A DNA stretch of 64,000 nt. It comes from an uncultured delta proteobacterium. GTDB taxonomy: Bacteria > Myxococcota_A > Polyangia > Polyangiales > Polyangiaceae. The notes below the pieces were generated by a model. The model ran no database searches, was not told the DNA's origin, and saw only the letters and a list, made by a program, of their open reading frames with translations. Below, one piece after another: positions 20,924-29,062 of this stretch. Made by a program: the position numbers and the translations under genes. Every line of letters starts with the position of its first letter. Within the stretch, counting starts at the first letter, position 1. The DNA lies in assembly GCA_963716725.1 (NCBI GenBank), contig CAVQUB010000011.1, positions 32,001 to 96,000 on the forward strand. Direction: 5' to 3'.

Positions 20924-22008
20924 CAGACTCGCCCGATCACCGTGGCCTCGACGCCGCGCTCGGCGAGCAGCCGCACCCCGTGGATCAACATCGCAAAACG
21001 CTCGTCCTGGGTCAGCCCCGATTTGTACCGGTAGTAGATCTGCTGGAGCACCACCGCCGTCTTGAACAAGCCAAAGCAATAGTAATAGAGGATGTTGGCG
21101 ACGTCGCGGCCGCTCTTTGCCGCGTAGCGATCCGCGATCTCGCGCCGCGTGGCGCTGCCCGGGATGGTCGTGGGACCCCAGCGGACGGCCTGGAAGGGCT
21201 CGGCGTCCGCCGCCTCGATCCAGTACGAGAGCGTGGTGCCGAGGTCCATCAGCGGATCCCCGACGGTGCACATCTCCCAGTCGAGCACGCCGATGATGCG
21301 GGTCGGATCGTCGCGATCGAGCACCAGGTTGTCGAGCTTGAAGTCGTTGTGGATGAGCGAAGGCGCGCCGTCGGCAGGAATGCGCTCGGCGAGCCAGCGA
21401 CCGAGCTGGTCGACGGCGGCAATCTCGTCGGTGCGCGAGCCCGCGTAGCGCTCGGTCCAACCCCGGATCTGCCGCTCGACGTAGCCCTCGGGCTTGCCCA
21501 GATCGCCCAGGCCGATGGCCGAGAAATCGATGGCGTGCAGCTCCACGAGCCGATCGACCAACTCGCGGTGCAGCGCGCTCACCTGCAGCGCGTCGAGTTC
21601 GAGCCCGTGAGGCAGATCTTTGCGCAGGATGAGGCCATGCACTCGGCGCATGACGTAAAACGGCGCACCAAGCACGCTCTCGTCATCGCAGTGGATCAGC
21701 GGCTCTGGCGCCAAGGGGTACGCGACGTGCAGCTTCGACAGCACCCGGTACTCGCGCCCCATGTCGTGCGCGGTCTTCACTCGACTGCCGTAGGGCGGAC
21801 GGCGCAAGACGTACTCACGCGCGCCGGCGCGCACCAGGTAGGTGAGATTGGAGTGGCCCGACGGAAACTGCTGAATGGAGAGCTCAGCGCGCTCGGCTAT
21901 CTCGGGGATATTTTCCCTCAGGTATTGCGCCAAGGGCTCGAGGTCGACCTCCTCCCCGGCGCGAATCGGCTCGGCGCCGTCCAACCAACGTTCGTGGCTC
22001 GACATCAC
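20923..22008 (-). CDS. Phosphotransferase family protein (APH-like; LvaA/ACAD10-11 kinase-domain type)
   Basis: QFPSGHSNLTY, VLRRPP, AHDMGREY, HNDFKLDN, VLDWEM.T.GDPL.DL. Confidence 0.9.
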   Translation of the reverse strand: MMSSHERWLDGAEPIRAGEEVDLEPLAQYLRENIPEIAERAELSIQQFPSGHSNLTYLVRAGAREYVLRRPPYGSRVKTAHDMGREYRVLSKLHVAYPLAPEPLIHCDDESVLGAPFYVMRRVHGLILRKDLPHGLELDALQVSALHRELVDRLVELHAIDFSAIGLGDLGKPEGYVERQIRGWTERYAGSRTDEIAAVDQLGRWLAERIPADGAPSLIHNDFKLDNLVLDRDDPTRIIGVLDWEMCTVGDPLMDLGTTLSYWIEAADAEPFQAVRWGPTTIPGSATRREIADRYAAKSGRDVANILYYYCFGLFKTAVVLQQIYYRYKSGLTQDERFAMLIHGVRLLAERGVEATVIGRV

Positions 22009-23240
22009 TTCACGTCGATATCGACGCAGGTCATCGAGCCGAGGCTTCCGTCATAGCCATCGTCCTTGATGCCGAGGCCGAGATCCGCCGCCGTCGCCCG
22101 CGTGAAGCTGCCATCGCTGCTCACGACGGTCAGGCTCCACTGCTGGAGCTTGCCGCCAACCAACCAGATGCTGTCGCCGACGCAGAGCCTCCACTTGCCC
22201 ACGGCGTCCGCGCCCTTGAAGGCCGCCTGAAGCGAGGAGGGTCCAGGCGCCGAGCCCCGGTCGGGCTTGAAAGCGCAGATGCCGTCGTCTTTGCACACGT
22301 AGGAAAACGGCCCGATGGTGTCGCCCATGTCCTCCGCGGCGACCGCCGCGGCGTCCTGAAACGTCACCGGGTTGCCCTTGTCGTAGCCCGAGAGATCACC
22401 GGCCAAGATCCCGCCGCCGTCGTCGGCGCCCTCGCTCACGCCGGGACGGCTGACGAGGGCGATCACCGTGTTGTTCGGCCCGCGCAGCTTGACGGTCAGG
22501 TGCCCGCAGTCCTCGTGCTCGATCCCGACCTTGACGCTCACCGAGACCACCACCGAGCTGATGCACTTCGCGGTCTTCGGATCAGCGTCGCTGTCCACGT
22601 TGATGAAGCCCGCCTGACATTCGCAAACGCCAACGCTCGAGCACAGCGCGTTGGCGTCGGTGCACAGACCGCTGCAGGGATCAGCGACGGTGCCGCCGCT
22701 GCCGCCCGCGCCGCCCGCACCGCCGCTGCCGCCCGCGCCGCCGCCGCCGCCCGCGCCGCCGCTGCCGCCCGCACCGCCGGTGCCGCCCGCACCGCCGCTG
22801 CCGCCCGCGCCACCGCTGCCGCCCGCGCCGCCGCTGCCGCCCGCGCCGCCGCTGCCACCCGCGCCGCCGCTGCCGCCCGCGCCGCCGCTGCCGCTCGCGC
22901 CGCCGCTGCCACCCGCGCCGCCGCTGCCGCCCGCGCCGCCCGCGCCGCCGCTGCCACCCGCGCCGCCGCTGCCACTCGCTCCGCCGCTGCCGCTCGCGCC
23001 GCCGCTGCCACTCGCGCCGCCGCTGCCGCCGGTCGCACCGCCGCTGCCGCCGCTGCCGCCGCTCGCGCCGCCGCTGCCGCCGCTGCCGCCGCTCGCGCCG
23101 CCGCTGCCGCCGCTCGCGCCGCCGCTGCCGCCGCTGCCGCCCGCGCCAGCGGCGCCGCCTTCCTCACTGAGACCGCAGGCCGCCACGGAGAGCGCGACCG
23201 TCAAGCAGATCGAGGAGCCGAGAAATCGCCGAGCACTCAC
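22005..23240 (-). CDS. Gly-rich lipoprotein with Cys-rich segment and proprotein-convertase P-domain-like C-terminus
   Basis: Lipobox VAAC, long GGSGGA linker, EGF-like CECQAGF, VSVKVGIEH..CG.L.V.L.GP...G.W.L.V.D...G.L..WSL. Confidence 0.65.
   Translation of the reverse strand: MSARRFLGSSICLTVALSVAACGLSEEGGAAGAGGSGGSGGASGGSGGASGGSGGSGGASGGSGGSGGATGGSGGASGSGGASGSGGASGSGGAGGSGGAGGAGGSGGAGGSGGASGSGGAGGSGGAGGSGGAGGSGGAGGSGGAGGSGGAGGTGGAGGSGGAGGGGGAGGSGGAGGAGGSGGTVADPCSGLCTDANALCSSVGVCECQAGFINVDSDADPKTAKCISSVVVSVSVKVGIEHEDCGHLTVKLRGPNNTVIALVSRPGVSEGADDGGGILAGDLSGYDKGNPVTFQDAAAVAAEDMGDTIGPFSYVCKDDGICAFKPDRGSAPGPSSLQAAFKGADAVGKWRLCVGDSIWLVGGKLQQWSLTVVSSDGSFTRATAADLGLGIKDDGYDGSLGSMTCVDIDVK
22690..23156 (-). 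repeat. Degenerate 9/18-bp tandem repeat encoding a (GGSGGA)n linker
   Basis: Directly visible CCGCCGCTGCCGCCCGCG-type units over ~460 bp. Confidence 0.9.
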
Positions 23241-23314
23241 GGGGGCGAAGTCTACCCTCGAGTCGTCGTTCGCGCATTCCTCAATCGGCCCGCCGGGCTA
23301 CTCTGGCGAGACGC

Positions 23315-24094
23315 ATGTGGAAACGCCTGATGCCCCTGGCCCTGCTCGCGGGTTGCTCGCGCACGCCGAGCTTCGACGAGCGACTCGCGGATCGGAGTGA
23401 CGGGACCCTGCCCGAAGTCCTGGCGGCGAAGGTCCCGGCCGGGGACATCACCATCGACGGCAGACTCGACGAAGCCGCGTGGCAGCGCGCGGGGTCGACC
23501 GGCATGTTCGTATCACCCTCGAGCGGGCGTCCCGCGCCAAAATCTCGGGTCAACGCCCGGGCACGCCTCGCGTGGAGCAATGACCGTCTCTTCGTTGGCA
23601 TCGTGGTGTGGGACCGCGAAGCAACCTCGCCCTTCTCACGAGACGACGTCGACCCGCACATCTGGGCCAAAGCGTCCGGGATAGAGCTCATGCTCCAGCC
23701 GGGCACGCGCAGCGACAACCGCGACTACTTCGAGGTTCAGATCGACGTTGCCGGCTCCGTTTGGGACACGCGCTTCGACGACTACAACCGGCCCATCGTC
23801 GGCGGCCCCGACGACGCCAGCAAACGCTTCGGCCATCAGGAGTGGCGAAGCCAAGTCGAACGCGCCGTCCGCAAAGAGCCGGACGCGGGCCGCTACGTCA
23901 TCGAGCTCGGGATCCCGTTTGGCTCGCTGAGCACGCGCTCCGCGGCGAACCCGCCGGGGCCGGGTGATGCTTGGCGCATGAACCTGTACAGCTTCCGAGA
24001 TGGCCAGGCGGACGCGATGAGCTGGTCGCCGCTACTGGGTCAGGGCAATTTCCATCGATCGAGCCGCTTCGGCCGGCTCCGCTTCGTCGACTGA
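23315..24094 (+). CDS. Carbohydrate-binding family 9-like (DOMON-like) lipoprotein
   Basis: Lipobox LAGC; ITIDGRLDEAAW, YFEVQI...G..WD, ELGIPF..L, GDAWRMNLY, WSP....FH....FG.L.F. Confidence 0.78.
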   Translation: MWKRLMPLALLAGCSRTPSFDERLADRSDGTLPEVLAAKVPAGDITIDGRLDEAAWQRAGSTGMFVSPSSGRPAPKSRVNARARLAWSNDRLFVGIVVWDREATSPFSRDDVDPHIWAKASGIELMLQPGTRSDNRDYFEVQIDVAGSVWDTRFDDYNRPIVGGPDDASKRFGHQEWRSQVERAVRKEPDAGRYVIELGIPFGSLSTRSAANPPGPGDAWRMNLYSFRDGQADAMSWSPLLGQGNFHRSSRFGRLRFVD

Positions 24095-24113
24095 GCCGTG
24101 ATATGGTGGGATC

Positions 24114-25286
24114 ATGGCAAAGCAGGGGCCGGAGCCGGGTCAGTCCCGGAAGCCACGCGCCGTCCCTGCTCTGTTGATCCGGGAGCACGAAGTAACGCTC
24201 CCCGAGGGCGAGACACTCATCGGTCGGGGGCCCGCGGCCAGGATCTCCATCCTCGGATCTCTGATCTCGCGGGAGCACGCGCGGCTGAGCTGTCGGGACG
24301 GTCGGGTGACCGTCGTGGACGCGGGCAGTCGGAATGGCGTCTTCGTGAATGGCACTCGGATCAACACCCAGGTGATGCTCGAAGACGGAGACACGCTGCT
24401 CGTCGGCACGACCCAGCTGACCTACTTCCTGGGGCCACCGGACGACGCACCTGGTCCCGATCGCTGCGTCTTCGACGAACAGGGAAACATGCTCCCAGAG
24501 GACGAGTTTGCCGACGAGACCCCCTCGCGCACGGAACTCCGCTTCGAGTCCGTCGACACCATCGAGTTTGATCGTGAGGAAGTGACCATCCAGGGCACGC
24601 AGCCTCCGAAGCCACGTCTGCCCTCGGCTCCCCACGCGCGGCTCGCGCTGGACACGGAGTCGCCGTCCACGCCCATGCTCATCGCTCGACCGGCCGCGCT
24701 CGAGAGCGGTGAGATGACCAGGTCCCTCACCATTGGGCGGATCAAGCCAGCGGTCTCGCGAGCGCGAAAGACCACCAGCGCGCCGCCACCACCCCTCGTG
24801 GGCCCCGCGGTGCGCCCATCGCCCCCGCCGGCGGCGATGCTCGAGTTGGGCTCGAGCCCCCGTGCGGCCCCGGGGCAAGAGCCGATGGAGGCGGCGCTGG
24901 AAATCATCGATCGGATGCTCGTGCGCGGCGACGCCGACGCCGCCTCGAGAGCGCTGGGCGGACACCTGACGCGGCGCCTCGACAGCGCGCGCGCCGGCGA
25001 GTCGATGCCGACGCCGCTGGTGGATAAGTCTGCGCTCCGCTGCGTGTCTCTGCTCGAGCTGACCGGCGATCCCTGCTGGTTCGACCTGCTGATCGAGCTG
25101 TACTTCACCGCTGCCGCGCCCATGCCGGCCGCGCTGCTCGAGCGCGTCGCACCCTTCGTTGGCGTCGTCCCCAGCTCGAGCCAGCAAGCCCTGAGCCAGT
25201 ACCAGAACTTGATCCGCGAGCGCTTGGGCGAGGTCGACGTCGAATCGCTGGAGGCCTGCGAGCGCATCTTGACGCTGGGTTCTTGA
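24114..25286 (+). CDS. FHA-domain protein
   Basis: IGRG......ISREHA....DAGSRNGVFVNG FHA signature, then a Pro-rich linker and a helical C-terminus. Confidence 0.88.
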   Translation: MAKQGPEPGQSRKPRAVPALLIREHEVTLPEGETLIGRGPAARISILGSLISREHARLSCRDGRVTVVDAGSRNGVFVNGTRINTQVMLEDGDTLLVGTTQLTYFLGPPDDAPGPDRCVFDEQGNMLPEDEFADETPSRTELRFESVDTIEFDREEVTIQGTQPPKPRLPSAPHARLALDTESPSTPMLIARPAALESGEMTRSLTIGRIKPAVSRARKTTSAPPPPLVGPAVRPSPPPAAMLELGSSPRAAPGQEPMEAALEIIDRMLVRGDADAASRALGGHLTRRLDSARAGESMPTPLVDKSALRCVSLLELTGDPCWFDLLIELYFTAAAPMPAALLERVAPFVGVVPSSSQQALSQYQNLIRERLGEVDVESLEACERILTLGS

Positions 25287-25295
25287 GCTACGCGC

Positions 25296-26510
25296 TCAAC
25301 CCTCGGCCTTCACCACCAGGCCGTGCTGCTTGAGGATCCGCCGCGCGAGCGCCGACTTGTGAACCTCGTCCGGACCGTCGTAGATGCGCGCGGCCCGCTC
25401 GTGGACCCACCAGCTGGCGAGGGGCGTGTCGTCCGTCACGCCCAGTCCGCCGTGGACCTGAATGGACCGGTCGAGCACTCGCTGGAGCACGTTGGCGGCG
25501 AAGAACTTGATCGCGCTGATCTCGTTGCGTGCCTCGTATTGGCCTTGCTTGTCGATCTTCCACGCCGCGTGGTGGATCAAGAGCTTGGCCGCGTCGATGT
25601 CGGCACGGCTCTCGGCGATGAAGTCCTGGACCATCTGCCGGGTGCCGAGGGGCTTGCCCGGGGCGATCTCGCGCTTCACGGCGTACTGGCACATCATCTC
25701 GAAGGCTCGCTCGCAGATGCCCATCCAGCGCATGCAGTGATGGATGCGCCCCGGACCGAGTCGCTCTTGAGCGATCATGAAGCCGGCTCCTTCGTCCCCC
25801 AGCCGGTTGTCGACGGGGACGCGACAGCCGCGGTAGCGGATCTCGGAGTGGCTCGCCCAGCCCGAGCCCTGGTGGCCCATGATCGAGATCCGTCGCACCG
25901 GCTCGAAGCCAGGCGTGTCGGTGGGGACCAGGATCATGCTGGCGCGGGCGTAGGGCGGCGCGTCGGGATTGGTCACGGCCATCACCACGGCGAAGCTCGC
26001 GCCGTCGGCGGAGGTGGTGAACCACTTGTGGCCGTCGATGACGTATTGGTCGCCGTCTCGCACCGCTCGGGTCGAAAGCCAGGTCGGGTTCGACCCGGCT
26101 CTATCCGGCTCGGTCATGGAAAAGCAGCTGCGGATCGAGCCCTGGGCCAGCGGTACCAAGAAGCGCTGTTTCTGCTCGGCGCTGCCGAACAAATGCAGGA
26201 TCTCCATGTTGCCCGCGTCCGGGGCCTGGCAGTTCATCGCAAAGTGACCGAGCGGGCTCCGCCCAAGCACCTCGCTGACCAGGGCGTGCTCGCGAAACGA
26301 GAGGCCGAGCCCACCGAGGGCGACGGGGATCTGCGGGCCGAAGAGCTCGTCTCTTCGGGCCCGCTGCCGCAGCTGCTCGAGCTCGAGTTCGAGCTCGGAG
26401 AAGGGCCGACCTGCCGCCTTCGCCTCGAGCGGGAGCACCTCTCGCTCCACGAACTCGCGGTAGCGCCCCAAGAGCGCCTGCATTTCGGCCGACACCTCGA
26501 AGTCGAACAT
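25296..26510 (-). CDS. Acyl-CoA dehydrogenase (ACAD10/11/LvaC-like)
   Basis: NCQAPDAGNMEIL, FSMTEP, GHKWFTT, AQERLGPGRIHHCMR, QVHGGLGV, RIYDGPDEVH. Confidence 0.93.
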   Translation of the reverse strand: MFDFEVSAEMQALLGRYREFVEREVLPLEAKAAGRPFSELELELEQLRQRARRDELFGPQIPVALGGLGLSFREHALVSEVLGRSPLGHFAMNCQAPDAGNMEILHLFGSAEQKQRFLVPLAQGSIRSCFSMTEPDRAGSNPTWLSTRAVRDGDQYVIDGHKWFTTSADGASFAVVMAVTNPDAPPYARASMILVPTDTPGFEPVRRISIMGHQGSGWASHSEIRYRGCRVPVDNRLGDEGAGFMIAQERLGPGRIHHCMRWMGICERAFEMMCQYAVKREIAPGKPLGTRQMVQDFIAESRADIDAAKLLIHHAAWKIDKQGQYEARNEISAIKFFAANVLQRVLDRSIQVHGGLGVTDDTPLASWWVHERAARIYDGPDEVHKSALARRILKQHGLVVKAEG

Positions 26511-26531
26511 GCCTGCGGTCTGACCACCGAA

Positions 26532-27233
26532 TCAGCGCCGCGTCCAGTCAGTCGCCTCAGGCAGGTGGCTCAGCACGTTGAAGCGAGCCAAGCTGCGCTT
26601 GCCCGGCGAGTACACGATCTCGGTGACTGCCGCGTTGTTGAGCATGAAGCCCAGCTCGAGCGCGGTCTCGGGGGGCGCGGCGAGAACTTCGGCCGCGAGC
26701 GCGCCGATGGTGCCCGCCGAGCTCACCACCAAGACTCGCCGGCCGCGACTCTCGCTTTGGGTGATCGCCCCCAGGGCTCCAGCCACGCGCTGACGGAAAC
26801 TCTGCCAGCTGAGGTGAGCTTCACTGGTGTCCTCGCGCAGTATCCAGTCCCGCAGTGCCTCCCGGAGCAGGAGGTCCACCGCGCGGCCACGCCGTTGGTG
26901 ATCTGGACCCGCCAGATCGAGGCTGAGCGGAACCAAGTCCGGGCGAGCCTCGAGCAGGGAGCTCAGGCGCGACGTCAGCACCTCTTCGGCAGGGTATTCG
27001 TCCAGCTCTTCGAGCGTGCTCGGCGCTGGCCCGCCGAGGGCCTCCAATACCACTTCGGCGGTGTGAGCGTGACGCCGGCGCGGGCCCACCACCACTGCAT
27101 CGAAGCCTTCACCGCGAGCCGACCAGTAGCGCCCCAACTGCCGTGCCTGATCGATCCCGAGCGCGCTCAAGCGGTCATAGTTGTCGCTCAGAAAGGACGC
27201 CTGCGCATGCCGAACCAGCAGCAGCGTGCTCAT
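26532..27233 (-). CDS. Histidine phosphatase superfamily protein
   Basis: LLLVRHAQASF...YDRLS.LG..QA, R...TA, VVSSAGTI, FN...HL. Confidence 0.88.
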   Translation of the reverse strand: MSTLLLVRHAQASFLSDNYDRLSALGIDQARQLGRYWSARGEGFDAVVVGPRRRHAHTAEVVLEALGGPAPSTLEELDEYPAEEVLTSRLSSLLEARPDLVPLSLDLAGPDHQRRGRAVDLLLREALRDWILREDTSEAHLSWQSFRQRVAGALGAITQSESRGRRVLVVSSAGTIGALAAEVLAAPPETALELGFMLNNAAVTEIVYSPGKRSLARFNVLSHLPEATDWTRR

Positions 27234-27239
27234 CGCTGG

Positions 27240-28031
27240 TCAGGAGTTTCCGGCGACGATGAGTTGGTACTCGTGGCTCGCGTCGCAGGGGCCGGACTTG
27301 TGGCGGACCTCGATCACGACGAAGCGCCCGTCATCACCGCCGTTGGCGATGGATCCCTCACCCCAGCTGACCTGGACCTGCTCAGCCGCTCCGGTACCGT
27401 TCTGGCTGGACTTGGTCGGGCTCGCGCACGAGGGCATCGCATCGGATCCCGTGTTCACGTACGCGTAGAGATCGTAGTCGGTGCCGGACGGCACGCTCAG
27501 CGAGGCCTTGGCCTTCAGCTTCGTGCCGAGCACGCTGTTGTCGTCTTCGGTCACGCGGATCTTGTAGAACTTGGTGCCGCTGGCTTTGTTCTGGGCGCTG
27601 CCCGAGCCGCTGTCGCCGCTCACCGTGCCGAGATCTGCGGGAGCACCGCAGCTGGTCGTCGCCGCGCACGAGGTGGAGCCCCCCGTGCCACCGCTGCTGG
27701 TGCCACCGCTGCTGGTGCCGCCGCTGCTGGTGCCGCCGCTGCTGCTGCCACCGCTGCTGGTGCCGCCGCTGCTGGTGCCGCCGCCGCTGGTGCCGCCGCT
27801 GCTGGTGCCGCCGCTGCTGGTGCCGCCGCTGCTGGTGCCGCCGCTGCTGCTGGTGCCGCCAGTGGGCCAACCCCCGCCGTCGCCACCCCCGCCGGCAAGG
27901 CCGCTGCCACCGTCGCCGCCCCCGCCCGCGAGGCCCGCCGCGCCGGCGAAGCCCTCGTCGCCGACCTCTTCTGCCGTCGCGCAGCCGAGCGCGAGGCAGG
28001 CGACGAACCACACGGCGTGACGCACAGGCAT
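27240..28031 (-). CDS. Gly/Ser-rich lipoprotein with C-terminal PPC-like beta domain
   Basis: Lipobox ALGC, (SSGGT)n linker, TDYDLYAY motif, paired Cys. Confidence 0.65.
   Translation of the reverse strand: MPVRHAVWFVACLALGCATAEEVGDEGFAGAAGLAGGGGDGGSGLAGGGGDGGGWPTGGTSSSGGTSSGGTSSGGTSSGGTSGGGTSSGGTSSGGSSSGGTSSGGTSSGGTSSGGTGGSTSCAATTSCGAPADLGTVSGDSGSGSAQNKASGTKFYKIRVTEDDNSVLGTKLKAKASLSVPSGTDYDLYAYVNTGSDAMPSCASPTKSSQNGTGAAEQVQVSWGEGSIANGGDDGRFVVIEVRHKSGPCDASHEYQLIVAGNS
27685..27860 (-). repeat. 15-bp tandem repeat encoding (SSGGT)n, about 11 copies
   Basis: Directly visible GTGCCGCCGCTGCTG units. Confidence 0.9.
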
Positions 28032-28070
28032 CGACCTCATCGTACGCGAGGCGCCGCCGCCGCGCTACGA

Positions 28071-28994
28071 CTATGGCTGTGAAGCTCGAGGACGGCTGTG
28101 AACCAACCGCGGAACGCCCTTCGCGCGAGCGACGCCGTGCACCGCCAGCAGCCGGTTGTCGCTTCGAGCACTGGCGCGCACCAGCGCTCGCCCGAGCTCG
28201 AGCGCGTCCGCTGGCGACGTGGACATCGCGTCGTCGATGACGCGCTTGCCCGCCTCCAAACACCCGAGGTCGGCGAGCGGGCAGCTCACCACCCAAACCG
28301 TCACGCGGAGCGCCGCAGCGCGCGCGTGCAGCATCGAGAGTTCGAGGCGGGCTCCGCCGGGCTGCATCAGGAGCGCACCCGGAGTTTCTGGGTGCAGGCT
28401 GCCAATCACCAGCGCCGGCTGCGGCGCACTCGACACCACGGCTGAGAGCACGGCATCCGTGGTCGGCGACAGCGAGTAGCCGGCGAAGCGCGTCGCGGCT
28501 GCCGCGGGGACCAACGCCACCCTCACCGGCCTCAGCCCGACTCGAGCGCGCTCCGGCCTTGGCGTTGCGGGCGCGCCGTCCACGTCGCCGACCTCGAGCA
28601 ACTCCGACAAGGCGTCGACACTGACTTCTTGTGCCAGCTCCTCGGCAACTGCCTTCCACGGCCTGGCGCCGGTCGCGGCTTCTTCTCCCAGCGCCGCGAA
28701 GCCGAGCTCGGAGTCGAATCCCCGACCTCGAGCGCCGAGCCGTCCGACGTCGTCCGCGAGGGCCGGCGAGAGCGGCGCCTTCAACGCACGCCGACCCAGG
28801 TCGCCGGAAACACCCCGAGACCCGACGCGCGCCAGATCGTCCCCGACATTGCTAGCGGCCTTCACTCCGGCGGCTTCAGCCGCCATGCCACGCGCGCCGA
28901 CCCGGGCGCAGTCGTCCGCGCCGTGTACCGCCGCGCCTCCCAGGGCTGCGAGCAACGCACCGACCACCCCGACCTTCTTGCCTGCGTCGCTCAC
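28071..28994 (-). CDS. Hypothetical protein with N-terminal hydrophobic segment
   Basis: Open frame fills the gap between neighbours; hydrophobic VGVVGALLAALGG; no family recognised; start uncertain. Confidence 0.55.
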   Translation of the reverse strand: MSDAGKKVGVVGALLAALGGAAVHGADDCARVGARGMAAEAAGVKAASNVGDDLARVGSRGVSGDLGRRALKAPLSPALADDVGRLGARGRGFDSELGFAALGEEAATGARPWKAVAEELAQEVSVDALSELLEVGDVDGAPATPRPERARVGLRPVRVALVPAAAATRFAGYSLSPTTDAVLSAVVSSAPQPALVIGSLHPETPGALLMQPGGARLELSMLHARAAALRVTVWVVSCPLADLGCLEAGKRVIDDAMSTSPADALELGRALVRASARSDNRLLAVHGVARAKGVPRLVHSRPRASQP

Positions 28995-29062
28995 GTGCCC
29001 AGAGCGTCGTACGCATCTGCCGCCCGACGACTTCCCTCCTCGACCCGTGGTAGCCTTCAAGG

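Noticed and set aside
20923..22008. APH-like gene as an aminoglycoside resistance determinant (and 44914..46029 as a true beta-lactamase)
   Set aside because: Motifs fit the acyl-CoA-dehydrogenase-associated kinase subfamily and the generic serine-hydrolase family; nothing in the sequence supports resistance
22690..23156. Tandem repeats considered as a CRISPR array (also 27685-27860, 52955-53105, 59590-59670)
   Set aside because: Units are multiples of 3, have no unique spacers, lie in-frame within genes as low-complexity linkers, and no cas genes are present
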